DNA of 64,000 nucleotides from Hydrolagus colliei (GCA_035084275.1 CM068745.1:14694001-14758000); one strand, 5' to 3'. Counted from the first letter of the stretch, positions 54,101-63,771 are shown. A program made the numbers and translations. The notes: generated from the sequence alone by a model not told the origin.

Positions 54101-57100
54101 CCACATGTCTGATGATAATCCCCCAAGAAATAAAGTATAATAATAGTTTGGTCACTGAATCCCTGTTTTGGGGACACTGCTGTGCATAATTGGCTACAGC
54201 ATTTATCCCACAAATATACAGTCAATATACTTTACTGTGTATTCTGTGAAGTGCTTTGAGACATCTGGAAGACTTGAAAAGCGCTACATCAAACGCAAGG
54301 ATTATTATTATTATTATTTTGTTCCCATCTCAGTCCCTTGTACAACAACAACAAATTGCACTTATAGACAGTGGTACCTTGGAGGGATTGTGAGTGTTGA
54401 CTCACAGTGATAGCATAGAAACGGCAGAAAGAAACCTAAAGGTACATTATCATCAGACTACTGGCTTGAAACCGGGCAGCCGCAGACTTCCTCAAACCTT
54501 CCTCTGAAAGGAACCTGGGGAACTGTGTGTTTCAGAAACAGCACAGTTACTCGAATTTTAGCTGCAAACTGGGAAATTTCAACAGTTTATTGGTAAGCCT
54601 CACAAAATCTGTCACAGATATTTTAATAGATAACAAAATCCTTTCTGATGCTGTTATGAAGCTGGATTTTCATTTGTATCTAGTTATATTGGGGAGTTGG
54701 GGGTCGGGGGTGGGGGGAGTCCAAGCAATTAATTAAAATCAAGTTGAACCACGGTTTCACTGTTGCTCTGTTCCCTGTATCCTGGCAGCTGAGCCACGCG
54801 TTAGTGATCACCACTATTCAGCTTGACTGTCTGATGCTGCTCAGACAAGATAGGTAACTTAGTGAAGCTCTCAGAACAGGTTTGAACTTTTATTGATTTC
54901 CTTCCAGAGCAAAGAAGCAAGATGTGCTCCTCCCTCAGCTTAGTAGATTTTGCTTTACAGACTATTCAATAACTAATTTAAAGGACAGTTTGCTTTAATC
55001 GTTTACTTTTGGTCGACTCCTCAGGCTCCATCGCACGTGCAGAGGAAGGACAGTGTGACTGGCTGTGGCCTATATAGAGAACACTTAGGAGTTCGGAAAT
55101 ATACAAGAACCACATTGTTACAGGTATAATTATTAGTGGTTCTCAAAGGATTCAAACACCTCCACCATTTAATTGTGTCTGTAACTTGAGTGCAGGTAAT
55201 AATAGCAGACTAATGAGAAATGTGAAAATTGATAAGAGTGCTAAATAGGTGAATCTGATATATGTTATATGTATATATATATGGATACCTCTGGAATTCC
55301 ATCCCGCAGTCCCTCTGCCTTGCCCCCTCCCTAGCCTCCTTCAAATCCCACCTCAAGACCTTCCTCTTCGACAGTCCCATCAGTCACCCCGAATCCCCTC
55401 CTTTCCTTCCACCCTCCCTGATCCCGACCCCAGCTCGGGTCTGAAACATTGACTGTCCAGCGCCTTGGGACATCCTCCTGACGTGAAAGGCGCTATACAA
55501 ATATAATTATATTGTTGTTGTTACATTTCAGGCTCCTTCTGTTAGTTCCTGATCATGCTTCCCTGGTTATGAGGCATATATTTATGCTGACATAAGGAAA
55601 TAGTTTTCCTCACACTGTTTGCTGTATTGTTTCATTGCCAGATGGCATCAAAATAGAAGCCCATTTTGTATCGGATGGAAGAAAGGCTACTGTTATCTCC
55701 ATGGTCTAACCTGGAATATCTACAATGTTGGTATTTGACAGAATTTAAAAATCGTAAAGTATGAAAATAATAAGAAGAATGTGGTATATACAGAATATAC
55801 TGTAAAGTGAATTGAAGTGAAGTGTCCCACAAACAGTAATGGATTGAGTGACCAAATTACTATTCTTTTTGGTGGAGTGTTGGGGTATTATTAAGCCTGG
55901 AAAAATGATTCACAATCGACTAACAACCGGGTTCCAATTTACTGCTAGGTAAACAGGCGTGCGGAGTAAGGAAATTTGACCAACATTTCTTCCGAACAGG
56001 AATTGAACCCAGGTATCTTGCTTGTAAGGCGAGTGCTCTTAACCACTGAGCCATAGGATTCCACATAACTGTCAGAGCTATATCCCATCTCCTCCCAGCT
56101 GTTCATTCTCATACCAACCATTTTTCAATTGGTCTTGCAATTTGTAAATAGATGATCGCACGAACGAACAGCAAAACATAAGTGATGCACTTCCCATTCC
56201 TTTTAGGAATAATGCAGTTTGGACTGAGTGTCCAGGTGCTAGAAATAATCAATGTTTTAAACTGATAGACTTCGGCCTCATTTTAGAGTCTATTTTCTTA
56301 TCAAGAAAGTCTTCAAAATCTCTCCTTTGTGCTCTCCTAGCCACAATCTTGAATTCATACTCAATTCTACTCGCAAACATTTTTGACAATTAAATGATAC
56401 TTACATGTACGCAACTTCCAACATCCCTGGTAATGATTTTTAATGGAGTGCTTTTGAATAGCAGCTTTTCTTTCTCTTGTTTAATAAATCTGAAAAATCA
56501 GGAGACAAAACAATGAGGCACTATCATAATGATCACTTCTCCCAATTTTCATCCCAACATAAGTTCAGTTTTCTGCCATCGCCATTGACTTAAAAAACTT
56601 CAGGGAATGATAATCACCATAACAAGAACAAAATTATATTTGTCGAGCGTCTATCATGTCGGGAGGAAGTCCCAAGGTGCTGAACAGTCAGGGGTCAGGA
56701 CCCGAGCCTGGGCGGGGGGAACCCTTGATATGTAAACTGTGCATCTTCTAAACTCAGTAAGATCTAGGGTTCCAAACATCTTAAATTTCCTCTCCTTCCA
56801 CACCAAGATTGTATTTTACAAATACAATAAACACAAGAAATACACTCACAAAATACGTTTAGTAATTTTCACATCTGAAAAAAAAGCAATCACTACACCA
56901 AGCGAAGTGGAGTATTAAAAACTAAATAGTAGTATGCTGCACAGTATATATACACATTATCTATAGATATATTTAAAACAATGCTCCTTTTCTCTCAAAG
57001 CTCCTCTATTCAGTAGGCAATCTGTTTATACGATTCAGAGCCAACACTTATTGGAGCAATATAGAGGCTATATAAATGTAATTTTGTTGTTGTTGTTATT

Positions 57101-60100
57101 GAAACTCTCTTAAAGTGTTTCATGGGATGTATTGTAACGTGCAGTAATTGTGTTTTTTTTTAGGAGAACAAAGCAGCCAATTTATGCACAATATCTCACA
57201 AACAATATGGCATCACAGGAATACAGCTTGAAACACATTTCCTGCAAACGGTTGGATTGGTGACGTGGTCCATAGTTTGTGAAATTGAAAAATGATTAAT
57301 CCATTTATATTGGCACATATACGTTGCTCACACCACATACCCAACAATACAAACTGCAGTGCATTACCTTTGGAGGAATGAAAGCCATTTTTCCTTCTGT
57401 TCTGATGTGCTGTAACCACATAAGTCAAATCAGATCAATAAGATGCACAGAAAGTGAGTACAGTAATCCACAAATACTAAATCAAGGAAAGTTCACTGGT
57501 CAGGTGGCCGATCACGACTGCGCTGGTGCTAGCTTTCCCCCGGATCTATCTACTCTAATCCTGCCCCTTGCTTTTTCCGTACATTTCAATGCTTTCTTAA
57601 TGCGTTTATTTAATTTCCCTTTCAACGCTGCAATTGAATCAGCTCCAGCAACCACATTCCAATAACCTATTGATGCCCTGCTGGCTATGACTCAGTGATC
57701 AGCACAAATAGTTTTTTGTTATTTATCCTACCAAATCCATTCATAATTATGACAGCTCTATTAGATCCCTGTCATCTCTCACTGGTCATGTTTTCAGGAT
57801 TCCCCCACACAACTATATTTCCTGTCACTGTCCGAGCGAGGAAGAGAAAAGACTGTACACAGCCTGAAGGAGCACACTAGAGACACTCCAAGAATCAGTG
57901 TTAATTGCTCTGAGAGAATTGACTCTTATGAAAACCTTATTAAACATAGTTGACAAAGAAGTTTATGCATTTCAGCTGTTTTCCCACTAGAATTGTTTGG
58001 GATTCATTTCACTTAGCCAAACAGACACTTGGCAGTGTGATGTAGAGCAGATGATTGATTTACACTGGTTCATAACACCATAGGACACAACTAGATGTGA
58101 TATAAATCACTCCTTTGAACAAATGTGCAGCCTGTAGTGCTGTCTATTTATTGAATTATTGTCCCTCATTGACCTGCAAATTTCCCTTTTTTAAAACTAA
58201 CAAACCATTTATTCCCCATCATTGCTTGATGTATATGAGCTGCTTCATTTTTAAAGTTGTCCTAAACCTGGGTCTAAAATGGTACATTCACAAACAACAA
58301 CAACATAAAACTCAATTTAAATAGAATAGGGTCTTGGTGTGCCTCAGTGATGGCGTCAGTCACCAAACAAGGGGAGGTGGACATAGGATTCGATTCAACT
58401 AAAGTGGATTGTAAGTAACCCAACCAATGCAGTTCGCAAATATCACATTTTAGATTCCTTTATAAGGGCAGGAATCTGAACCTGATTGATGAAGATGAAG
58501 GTGTATTATGTCCTTTTGAATATTTTCACATAACCCTGTATTGATTCTATTCACCACCATAGGTTCGTTTAAAGTACAGATTAGAAGTGGTTGAGCTAAT
58601 GTACCTTGATAACATTCATGATTTTCTACCTTTGACAAAAGTGTTAACTTTCCCAGATATTAGATCCAATAAACCTAACTTCTGACTGACTTGTCAGTCA
58701 GCTTCTGGTTGCCCTCCGACTATCATCCGTTAGGGCTGGGGAGGCAAGTTGGGTTAAATTAACTCCATAGTCTCCTGATTGAAGGAAACTGGACCTGAAT
58801 TCTCTATATGTAGTGAAATTAGTATGTAAGTGTGTTTGAAAGCTGAGCCAGGCAGTTCACAGTATTCCAGCAAGGGGATTGATGATTGACTGGGTCATCC
58901 ATGGGATTTAGAAGGGAAGAAGCATCACTGGGATATAGGAATTGTTCCATTTGGCTCCTAATAAACCCTGCAAGACAGCGTCTGGCAGAGTAATGCGAGT
59001 AGCGAAAGCAGCTAAAATCCTACCAGTGCCATGTTCTAATTATTGTGCAATTTTAGCTCCTTCAATTCCAGACCAGCAGTACCTCCGATGCCCACAACTT
59101 TGAGGGTCCTTAATACCTCAATGTCTAGCAATCTGTGTTGCGTTATCTGAGTATAGACTAAGCAGAAGCAGGCATTGTTTTCTCTCTTCTCTCCCAGGGG
59201 AGAGATTGTTTACTGTAGAACTCACAAACAAAAACTTAACTGTGATCTCTAAGTGGCTGGAATTGGAGGCTCTTAAGCATGACATGTGTTAAACTCCCGG
59301 CTGACAAATAAAAAAAATAATGCAGTTGATTTACGCTGCTATTAAGCCAATGAATGTAAGCACTGAACAGCATGTAGGATAGGCTAATATTGTGACTGGA
59401 GTGAGAGGCACTGAGACGTGTTCAATAAAGTGAAGAGGTTATCATTGAGCTGACTTTCCACTTCTATGATCCCGCCTAAGTGATGCCAATGTATAGGGTC
59501 ATGGAGCTATACCAGTACCTGAAAGTAGCCACGCAGTTTGTTGTGGGCCAGCCCATAACAAAGGATCTATCCGGGCTTGTGCTTCCCTCACAGACTTCCT
59601 CCAAACATGATGCTGTCCACATCTCACAGATCTGCACACGGTTCTTCAGCTTGAAATGAGATGCAGATCTGTAGCAAAATACAAATGAGAAAATAGGAAG
59701 GTGAGTTGGGTAGGGTGGGTTTTCGGGAAGGATGAGATCAAATGGGCTAACGATCCTTCTTTATACAAACTAGTCTTGTGATCTTTGAAGGTGATTTAAT
59801 ACCATTTCCCCATCTTTTCCCCCATACATGGAGTCCTGTAGCTCAGTGGTTAGAGCACTTGCCTTATAAGCGAGAGACCTAGGTTCGTTTCCAGGCAGGG
59901 TGAAACTTTGGGCAAGTCTCCTTAAACCATACGCACAATAATATTCCATCAATAATTTTTTTTTAAAAAATTGGCCAGTTCAAACTGCGACTATTTTGGG
60001 ACACTGCTATGCACAATTGGCTGCCGCTTTTCACCCAGAATTATACAGTCACTTTGCAGTATATTCTGTGAAGCACTTTGAGACATCTCAAAGACGTGTA

Positions 60101-61908
60101 AAGCGTTACATTAAATGCAAGGATTATTATTATTATTAAGGATATTATAATGGTATCTCCCAAGTGTCTATTTCATTTTTAAGCATGACATTAGTACACT
60201 GACACATGAAAGATAGTGGGGTTACTGGAGGGTTATGCTTCCATAATCCAACACACAGCAGGAGAGAAAAATAGAGAGAAAACTATAATATCATTGTTAC
60301 ACTGTTTATTAGTCACTATGCAAAAGCAAATTTTCTGTTTACCTTAACATAAGCAGATAGCTAAAACTAAGCTGTGATTTGGTGTTTAATAATGATTTAC
60401 TGCTTTGACTTTGCAAAGCATTTTCCTGTCGACAAAGCTTATATCTGCTTGTCTTGAGAATGATTGGTTACATTGGCGCAATGTGTATGTGGGAGAGTGT
60501 TGATGCATTGTGCACAGTTTCCACTAAACTTTCCATTTAGTAAGAAGGTAACGTAGCTGGAGGGTGGTTCGGCTGAACCGCAGTGAACCAAAGCAGAAGA
60601 ACTGCAGCCTGTTAGCCAGATCAGAGGGTAGTCAAATAGCCAGTCAGCCAGTTATCTGACACAAGCGGAAACCCATCACCATGCTTAAGAGTGTCCAAAC
60701 CAAACTTGAGTATTCCATGTATCCCACCCTAAACATGGAAATCTCAAGAGATAGATTGTTGGAGATGCGCACTCTATACCTGGACGTTCGCATGCTGCTT
60801 ACCTAATCCCGGAAAGTATTAAGACACAGATTTTCTTGCTTCCAGCATTTCATTCAAACAGGTATTGCGTGAATCGAATGCATAACAGAGAATTGCAAAA
60901 CTTATTCCATGATTGCTCGCTGAATCTCCTCTAGCGCCTTCAATAAAAAGTAAAGAAAACATCCAGTCTCACACAGCAGCCTTGAGACATCTAGAGGTGC
61001 ACACAAGCTGTTGTTTGCACAGGCGTCTCCGCTCTGGGCTGTTTTATTTTTAAAAACATTTCTGTTTATCTAGTGGTCTGTAGCAAAATGTTGATTTTTC
61101 CTGCAGAAATGTACATTGCCTTTTTTTTCCTCCAACTTTCCAGAAGGTTTGGGCTCAAATATACAGACTTCAGATGCTTGTAGTTATAGCAGCCACAACG
61201 CGGTGGATAAGACTATTGGTTGTTTCTCGAAACCACTTTTGTTTCAAAATCTATTCTAATCCATTCAAACAACAACAACAAAATTACATTTGTATAGTGC
61301 CTTTCACATCGGGAGGACGTTCCAAACACTCCGAGAGTCCTGGAGCTCAGTGGTTAGAGCGCTCGCCTTACAAACTTGAGACCTGTGTTTCGAATCCAGG
61401 CAGTTCAGGATGAAACCTTGGGTAAGTTTCTTCACTCCACATGCCTAGTAATAATCCGTCCAAAAATAACCTATATTAAAAATTGTTAATTTCAATCCAC
61501 AACTGTTTATGGGACGCTGCTGTGCATAATTGGCTGCTGCGTTTTGCCCACGAATATACAGCCAATTCACTTTACAGTATATTCTGTGAAGCGCTTTGAG
61601 ATGTCTAGAAGATGTGAAAAGCGCTAGATCAAAATGCAAGGATTATTATTTATTATTTAGCCTCCGGTATTTCAGTTACTTTATGTTACAGTTTGTGCAA
61701 TAACCAACTGTGAAATGGAGACTTGCTCATCTCTTACTTTGATTTGGCGATGACCAAGATGTCATTGAAGAGGAACAGGTGTCTCTCTTGGGTTTGCAGC
61801 CCAGTCTTGAGCTGCGTGTGTCCTTCCATGACAAAGGCTCTGTTTGGTCCTATGATTGACTGAACGAGGGAGCAAAGCTCGGGGCTGACAGGAGACAGGC
61901 AGTTTTCT
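25258..61908 (-). CDS. ARHGAP20: ARHGAP20-family Rho GTPase-activating protein (PH + RA + RhoGAP + long Ser/Pro-rich tail); 13 coding exons, 5'-partial; possibly a paralogue (ARHGAP20-like)
   Basis: Exons of 171,150,42,85,78,67,189,179,162,110,190,118 and 1910 nt have canonical AG/GT sites and join in one open frame (~1150 codons). Motifs QERHLFLFND, SFVMGWPTTNCVATF, DYQLWVNSGKE, GIFRRSANAK, NQMNAFNLAVCIAPS and DSSYDSLENELN match ARHGAP20 as I recall it. Confidence 0.92.
27340..27640 (-). mobile_element. Old L2 LINE fragment in the last intron
   Basis: ORF 27444..27638 AFITSCLDYSNTLLVGLP...ITPCLAKLH. Confidence 0.75.
27888..28005 (-). CDS. ARHGAP20: ARHGAP20-like coding exon, end of RhoGAP (VAVFVQFLIENCRRIFG...STEDGS)
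   Basis: Acceptor gttttgcag, donor gtaaat, 118 nt, phase 0/1. Confidence 0.93.
29600..29840 (-). mobile_element. CR1 LINE 3' fragment
   Basis: ORF 29573..29776 NFFTQRVVTVRNALPERLVEAD. Confidence 0.8.
30059..30248 (-). CDS. ARHGAP20: ARHGAP20-like coding exon, RhoGAP (LLELLPRINNLLLHHVFGVLHSI...NQMNAFNLAVCIAPSILW...ESTKK)
   Basis: Acceptor ttttctccag, donor gtgaga, 190 nt, phase 2/0; RhoGAP NxM...NLA..P motif. Confidence 0.94.
30325..30570 (+). mobile_element. L2 LINE 3' fragment
   Basis: PLWNSFP, ctcaagaccttcctc, gtgaaaggcactatataaatgccattgttgttg tail. Confidence 0.7.
31510..31763. mobile_element. Palindromic Penelope-like (pLTR-derived) insertion with 14-bp TSD and hammerhead-like cores
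   Basis: Inverted arms 31510-31611 and 31627-31728 (4 mismatches in 102 bp), unpaired ~35-nt tail, direct repeat ttgtatgtactagg at 31496-31509 and 31764-31777; CTGACGA-hairpin-(G)AAA in each arm. Confidence 0.75.
31575..31611 (-). ncRNA. Minimal type I hammerhead-ribozyme-like motif (putative)
   Basis: Minus strand reads GGUU CUGACGA A GGGU-uauag-ACCC GAAA U GUU GACU: core boxes, 4-bp stem II, short stem I GGUU/GACU, NUH=GUU. Confidence 0.5.
32182..32291 (-). CDS. ARHGAP20: ARHGAP20-like coding exon, RhoGAP (DFLRNIPGSIFSAELYNSWMTAMERGSHKEKIKEIQR)
   Basis: Acceptor aattcag, donor gtcagt, 110 nt, phase 0/2; translated by hand (the ORF track shows another frame). Confidence 0.92.
32380..32692 (+). 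mobile_element. L2 LINE 3' fragment
   Basis: ggtggccatgctttcagt, ctcaagaccctcctctt, tataaatgcaagttgctgctgttg tail. Confidence 0.65.
33760..34710 (+). mobile_element. Deu-domain SINE (SacSINE/AmnSINE-like) interrupted by CR1
   Basis: Head ggtagcactcttgcct..ggttgtgggttcaa; Deu-like gctgcattgtcagagatg..gatgagatattaaactga | CR1 | aaagatcc...ctattcaaa..gaagggagtt; L2-like tail. Confidence 0.65.
34126..34485 (-). mobile_element. CR1 LINE 3' fragment inserted in a Deu-domain SINE
   Basis: aagaacataagaattaggagcaggagtaggccattcggccc tail; same family as 590-736 and 11917-12465. Confidence 0.88.
35910..36201 (-). mobile_element. tRNA-derived SINE2, full length
   Basis: Reverse-complement copy. Confidence 0.88.
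36431..36592 (-). CDS. ARHGAP20: ARHGAP20-like coding exon, RhoGAP with arginine finger (DMLSFLFHEGPFTRGIFRRSANAKACKELKEKLN...)
   Basis: Acceptor gtattgcag, donor gtacgt, 162 nt; the GIFR catalytic Arg is intact. Confidence 0.94.
36991..37169 (-). CDS. ARHGAP20: ARHGAP20-like coding exon (ELSQKQFKRKRSIMSWAFWRG...GKLFGLPLLAICEDDNLPKPIM), start of RhoGAP
   Basis: Acceptor ctttctgcag, donor gtgagt, 179 nt, phase 1/0. Confidence 0.93.
40925..41113 (-). CDS. ARHGAP20: ARHGAP20-like coding exon, end of RA domain (GHEYPFSIKMSHIRE...QCQFTLKPTHLASSQQIT)
   Basis: Acceptor ttgcaatag, donor gtaagg, 189 nt, phase 1/1; inside ORF 40887..41207. Confidence 0.92.
41310..41668 (+). mobile_element. tRNA-derived SINE2 with two internal tandem duplications
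   Basis: caagctggg(g/a)agac x2 in the head; caattggctgcaattgccca x2 in the body. Confidence 0.9.
41731..41872. repeat. AT-rich palindromic MITE-like element; diverged copy at ~39430-39535
   Basis: Inner arms 41777-41804 and 41814-41840 are nearly perfect; imperfect outer arms; similar sequence near 39430. Confidence 0.55.
42758..43080 (-). mobile_element. CR1 LINE 3' fragment
   Basis: ORF 42779..43015 RKNFFIQRVVNLWNSLHQRAVDAQSLNIFK. Confidence 0.88.
44440..44690 (+). mobile_element. CR1 LINE 3' fragment
   Basis: ggaaggcattgcctgaaagggtggtggaagc ... attctatgattctat tail. Confidence 0.8.
44985..45420 (-). mobile_element. Possible degenerate Gypsy RNase H / integrase-linker relic
   Basis: Pieces AIF..AKKWNK*IG, VDRKP and IRRGECFLAEQAL resemble LAIVFA.KKF..Y..G / TDHKPL / Y.PGK...ADAL in the right order; multiple frameshifts. 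Confidence 0.35.
46430..46750 (+). mobile_element. Deu-domain SINE fragment (another on - at ~45540-45780)
   Basis: ctgcattgtcggaggtgccatctt..gttaaattgaggccccatctgcctgttcagatggacgt..aagatcc, the Deu domain as I recall it. Confidence 0.7.
47841..48138 (-). mobile_element. tRNA-derived SINE2 inserted in an L2 remnant (47720-48240)
   Basis: Reverse-complement copy; L2-like sequence continues on both sides. Confidence 0.85.
48830..49215 (+). mobile_element. CR1 LINE 3' fragment (third family)
   Basis: ORF 48715..49107 RRLRDNTIAVCKIL...KTRGHGLR...FRTNLRKHY. Confidence 0.8.
49490..50040 (-). mobile_element. Dispersed repeat, possibly the C-terminal relic of an IS3EU-like integrase-core transposase
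   Basis: Matches 60640-60870 in inverted orientation; one frame spans ORFs 49792..50019 and 49555..49770 and contains EWNAH..PGG...YLIPE. Confidence 0.4.
50402..50606. mobile_element. Tc1/mariner (Tigger/pogo-like) MITE, 205 bp
   Basis: 24-bp TIRs cagtgaaagcctgtttatccggca / tgccggataaacgggcttttactg (2 mismatches), TA on both sides, CAGT start. Confidence 0.85.
51241..51307 (-). CDS. ARHGAP20: ARHGAP20-like coding exon, RA domain (GSTKDYQLWVNSGKEDAHYPLI)
   Basis: Acceptor aatatag, donor gtaagt, 67 nt, phase 0/1. Confidence 0.92.
52645..52722 (-). CDS. ARHGAP20: ARHGAP20-like coding exon, RA domain (SKVLTVNNTDTANDVVAMALQQFAIT)
   Basis: Acceptor ctttctctttcag, donor gtaagt, 78 nt, phase 0/0. 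Confidence 0.9.
53140..53360 (-). mobile_element. L2 LINE 3' fragment (internally deleted), abutting a SINE tail at 53362-53440
   Basis: caaaattacatttgtagagcgcctttcacg tail and the ggatcttgaat (FKIL) motif. Confidence 0.7.
54013..54318 (+). mobile_element. tRNA-derived SINE2, near full length
   Basis: Same consensus. Confidence 0.88.
55285..55522 (+). mobile_element. L2 LINE 3' fragment
   Basis: LWNSIPQSLCLAPSLASFKSHLKTFLF plus the typical tail. Confidence 0.85.
55790..56062 (-). mobile_element. SINE2 long variant with extra central segment
   Basis: Same head and body plus an extra ~65 bp containing cctgtttacctagcagtaaattggaacccgg. Confidence 0.8.
56405..56489 (-). CDS. ARHGAP20: ARHGAP20-like coding exon, PH-RA junction (FIKQEKEKLLFKSTPLKIITRDVGSCVH)
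   Basis: Acceptor tttttcag, donor gtaagt, 85 nt, phase 2/0. Confidence 0.88.
57368..57409 (-). CDS. ARHGAP20: ARHGAP20-like coding exon, PH C-terminal helix (TSEQKEKWLSFLQR)
   Basis: Acceptor ggttacag, donor gtaatg, 42 nt; contains the PH-helix Trp. Confidence 0.88.
59519..59668 (-). CDS. ARHGAP20: ARHGAP20-like coding exon, PH domain (SASHFKLKNRVQICEMWTASC...SFVMGWPTTNCVATF)
   Basis: Acceptor ttgctacag, donor gtactg, 150 nt; translated by hand, absent from the ORF track. Confidence 0.92.
59830..60137 (+). mobile_element. tRNA-derived SINE2, full length
   Basis: Same consensus. Confidence 0.9.
60640..60870 (+). mobile_element. Second, internally deleted copy of the 49490-50040 repeat
   Basis: gcggaaacccatcacc...agagatagattgttgga...gcttacctaatcccggaaag match the reverse complement of 49865-50030, then jump to cttgcttccagcatt, matching ~49510-49530. 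Confidence 0.6.
61335..61657 (+). mobile_element. tRNA-derived SINE2, full length, preceded by an inverted L2 tail (61268-61330)
   Basis: Same consensus. Confidence 0.9.
61738..61908 (-). CDS. ARHGAP20: ARHGAP20-like coding exon, start of PH domain (ENCLSPVSPELC...QERHLFLFNDILVIAKSK)
   Basis: Acceptor tttttgcag, donor gtaag, 171 nt, phase 2/2; inside ORF 61734..62027. Confidence 0.9.
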
Positions 61909-62821
61909 CTGCAAAAAATGAAACAAAACAGAGTTGAACGTGAAAGGCAATCTTCCATTACTACACCATTATTACACAATTCAAGTTCACCAGAGTCCAA
62001 TAAAAGTAAACTAGGGGATGAAAACACATGTAAATATACCCTCTGCGTTACTAGGACTTTGTGATGTAAGCCGCCCCTTTTCAGGAAATCCTATGTCACG
62101 GTGACCTGTAAGGCTGTGGATCCAAACAGATTGCGGTTGGTGCCGAGGTCTCACGAGTTGGCATGACGTACGCAGGATTCCCTGCAGAAAACGCAGCTTC
62201 CCCCATGACGCTGTGTTTCTAGTACGAGGTGCGTGTAACAAACCAGTTTTGCCATTTGACTGCTTTTCCAATCAGTCCCAGAGTCTTCCACACAGCAAAC
62301 TGCAACAAATATCTCACAAACAATTTATTCCTGGTTATCCAAGGTGCAGAACCTAACTAAACACCATGCAACATAATGATATAGTGATAATTGCCCTTCA
62401 AAACCTTCAACCAGCTAGACTTTTGTGCTCCAAGTCCTCAATCGGGGCAGAGATACCTCTCCTACTATTATGGGACATGCGCCATCATGAAACCTTCCAG
62501 TATGGAATAGCAGTCTCACTGTGTAATGTCAGGAGAAGGATCTCTGCCTGCTCTTGGGGAATTAGTTTTATTTGGCGATAATAATAATTTACATTTATAC
62601 AGTAGCTTCACATGATCTTTAAATCCTGTATTGCTCGCTCCCTACTCGCTGTGCTCCGCCATGAGTGGAGCACAGCGAGCCTTCAGCTTTGTGCTTGTGT
62701 TTCCTGTATCTCTCTTCTATTTGGTTTTACAACCTCTTTTCCTGCCTCAAAAACCTTCTAAAAATATATTCCTTCATCCAACGGTGACTGGGTTAATATC
62801 CTTAAATGACCGTGTAAATTT

Positions 62822-63128
62822 ACTTAATAATAATAATCCCTGCATATGATTTAGCGCCTTATTTGCACTATATGCTGTTGAAATGTCTCAAAGCACTTCA
62901 CAGTTTATGAAAGTGGATCAACTGTGTAATTTTGTGGGTGAAACGCTGCAGCCAATTATGCACAGCAGTGTCCCACAGTCGTAGATTGAATGACCAAATG
63001 TGGTTTTTTTGGAAGGATTATTAGTAGATCAGCCAACCAACTGGGTTCCTACTTTCTGCTAGGTAAACAGAGGGCTGTAAGAAAACTTGCCTAAGATTTC
63101 CCCCTGTCTGGGAATCAAACCCATGTCC
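62822..63128 (-). mobile_element. SINE2 long variant (diverged)
   Basis: Tail, body and the ctgggttcctactttctgctaggtaaacag segment shared with 55790-56062. Confidence 0.7.
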
Positions 63129-63465
63129 TCTTATTTCATGGCTGTTTGGTGTGATACATTTGGGGTCCAAATTGGCTACCTTTGTTCATCCACAACATAT
63201 ACTCACTACTTTTTGCAGTATATCCTGTGAAGCGTTTTGAGACATCTTCCCGACATGAAAGACACTATATTAAACATAAGGATTATATTTTCCCCCCCGC
63301 ATTTCTGAAACACTTAGATTTTGTTTGAAATTAATTAAAAGGAGCTTCACAACACAAATCATTGAGATTATTAATTGTAAGAGTCACACAAGATGCTGGT
63401 CTATTTACAACAACAACTTGCATTCATATAGTGGCCACAGTGCTTAAATGTATGAAAATTGATTA

Positions 63466-63574
63466 CTGTATATCTCCACGTATAAGGCGCACTTTTTTGC
63501 ACGTCGGAAGATCTCGAAAATTGGGGGTGCGCCCTATACACAGATACAAGAAATTTTGAGCCTTGGAAATACAG
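63466..63574. mobile_element. Tc2/pogo-like non-autonomous DNA transposon end or MITE
   Basis: TA|ctgtat...atacag|TA ends and an internal inverted pair gtataaggcgcac / gtgcgccctatac. Confidence 0.55.
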
Positions 63575-63771
63575 TAAACAGGAGGGGCGGCCGGTGCGCT
63601 GTCAGCCGGGGTTTGGTCAGTGTCCAGCGGGGGTTGGGGGGAGCGGGTGATGGGGCTTCAGCCTCAGCCGCCCGGGCATCAGCAGCATCAGCGGACTTCA
63701 GTGCTGTGCCTGCTGCCTGCCTTCTGCCAAACCCAGTCTGCCTGCCTCCCTCCCTGCCGCTCTCTCTCCCT

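Noticed and set aside
58682-58701. ctgactgac-tt-gtcagtcag hairpin
   Set aside because: Short and low-complexity; expected by chance.
62011-62271. CpG-richer patch and 86-aa ORF upstream of the first found exon as a possible first exon
   Set aside because: No ARHGAP20-like N-terminal sequence and no compatible phase-2 donor identified.
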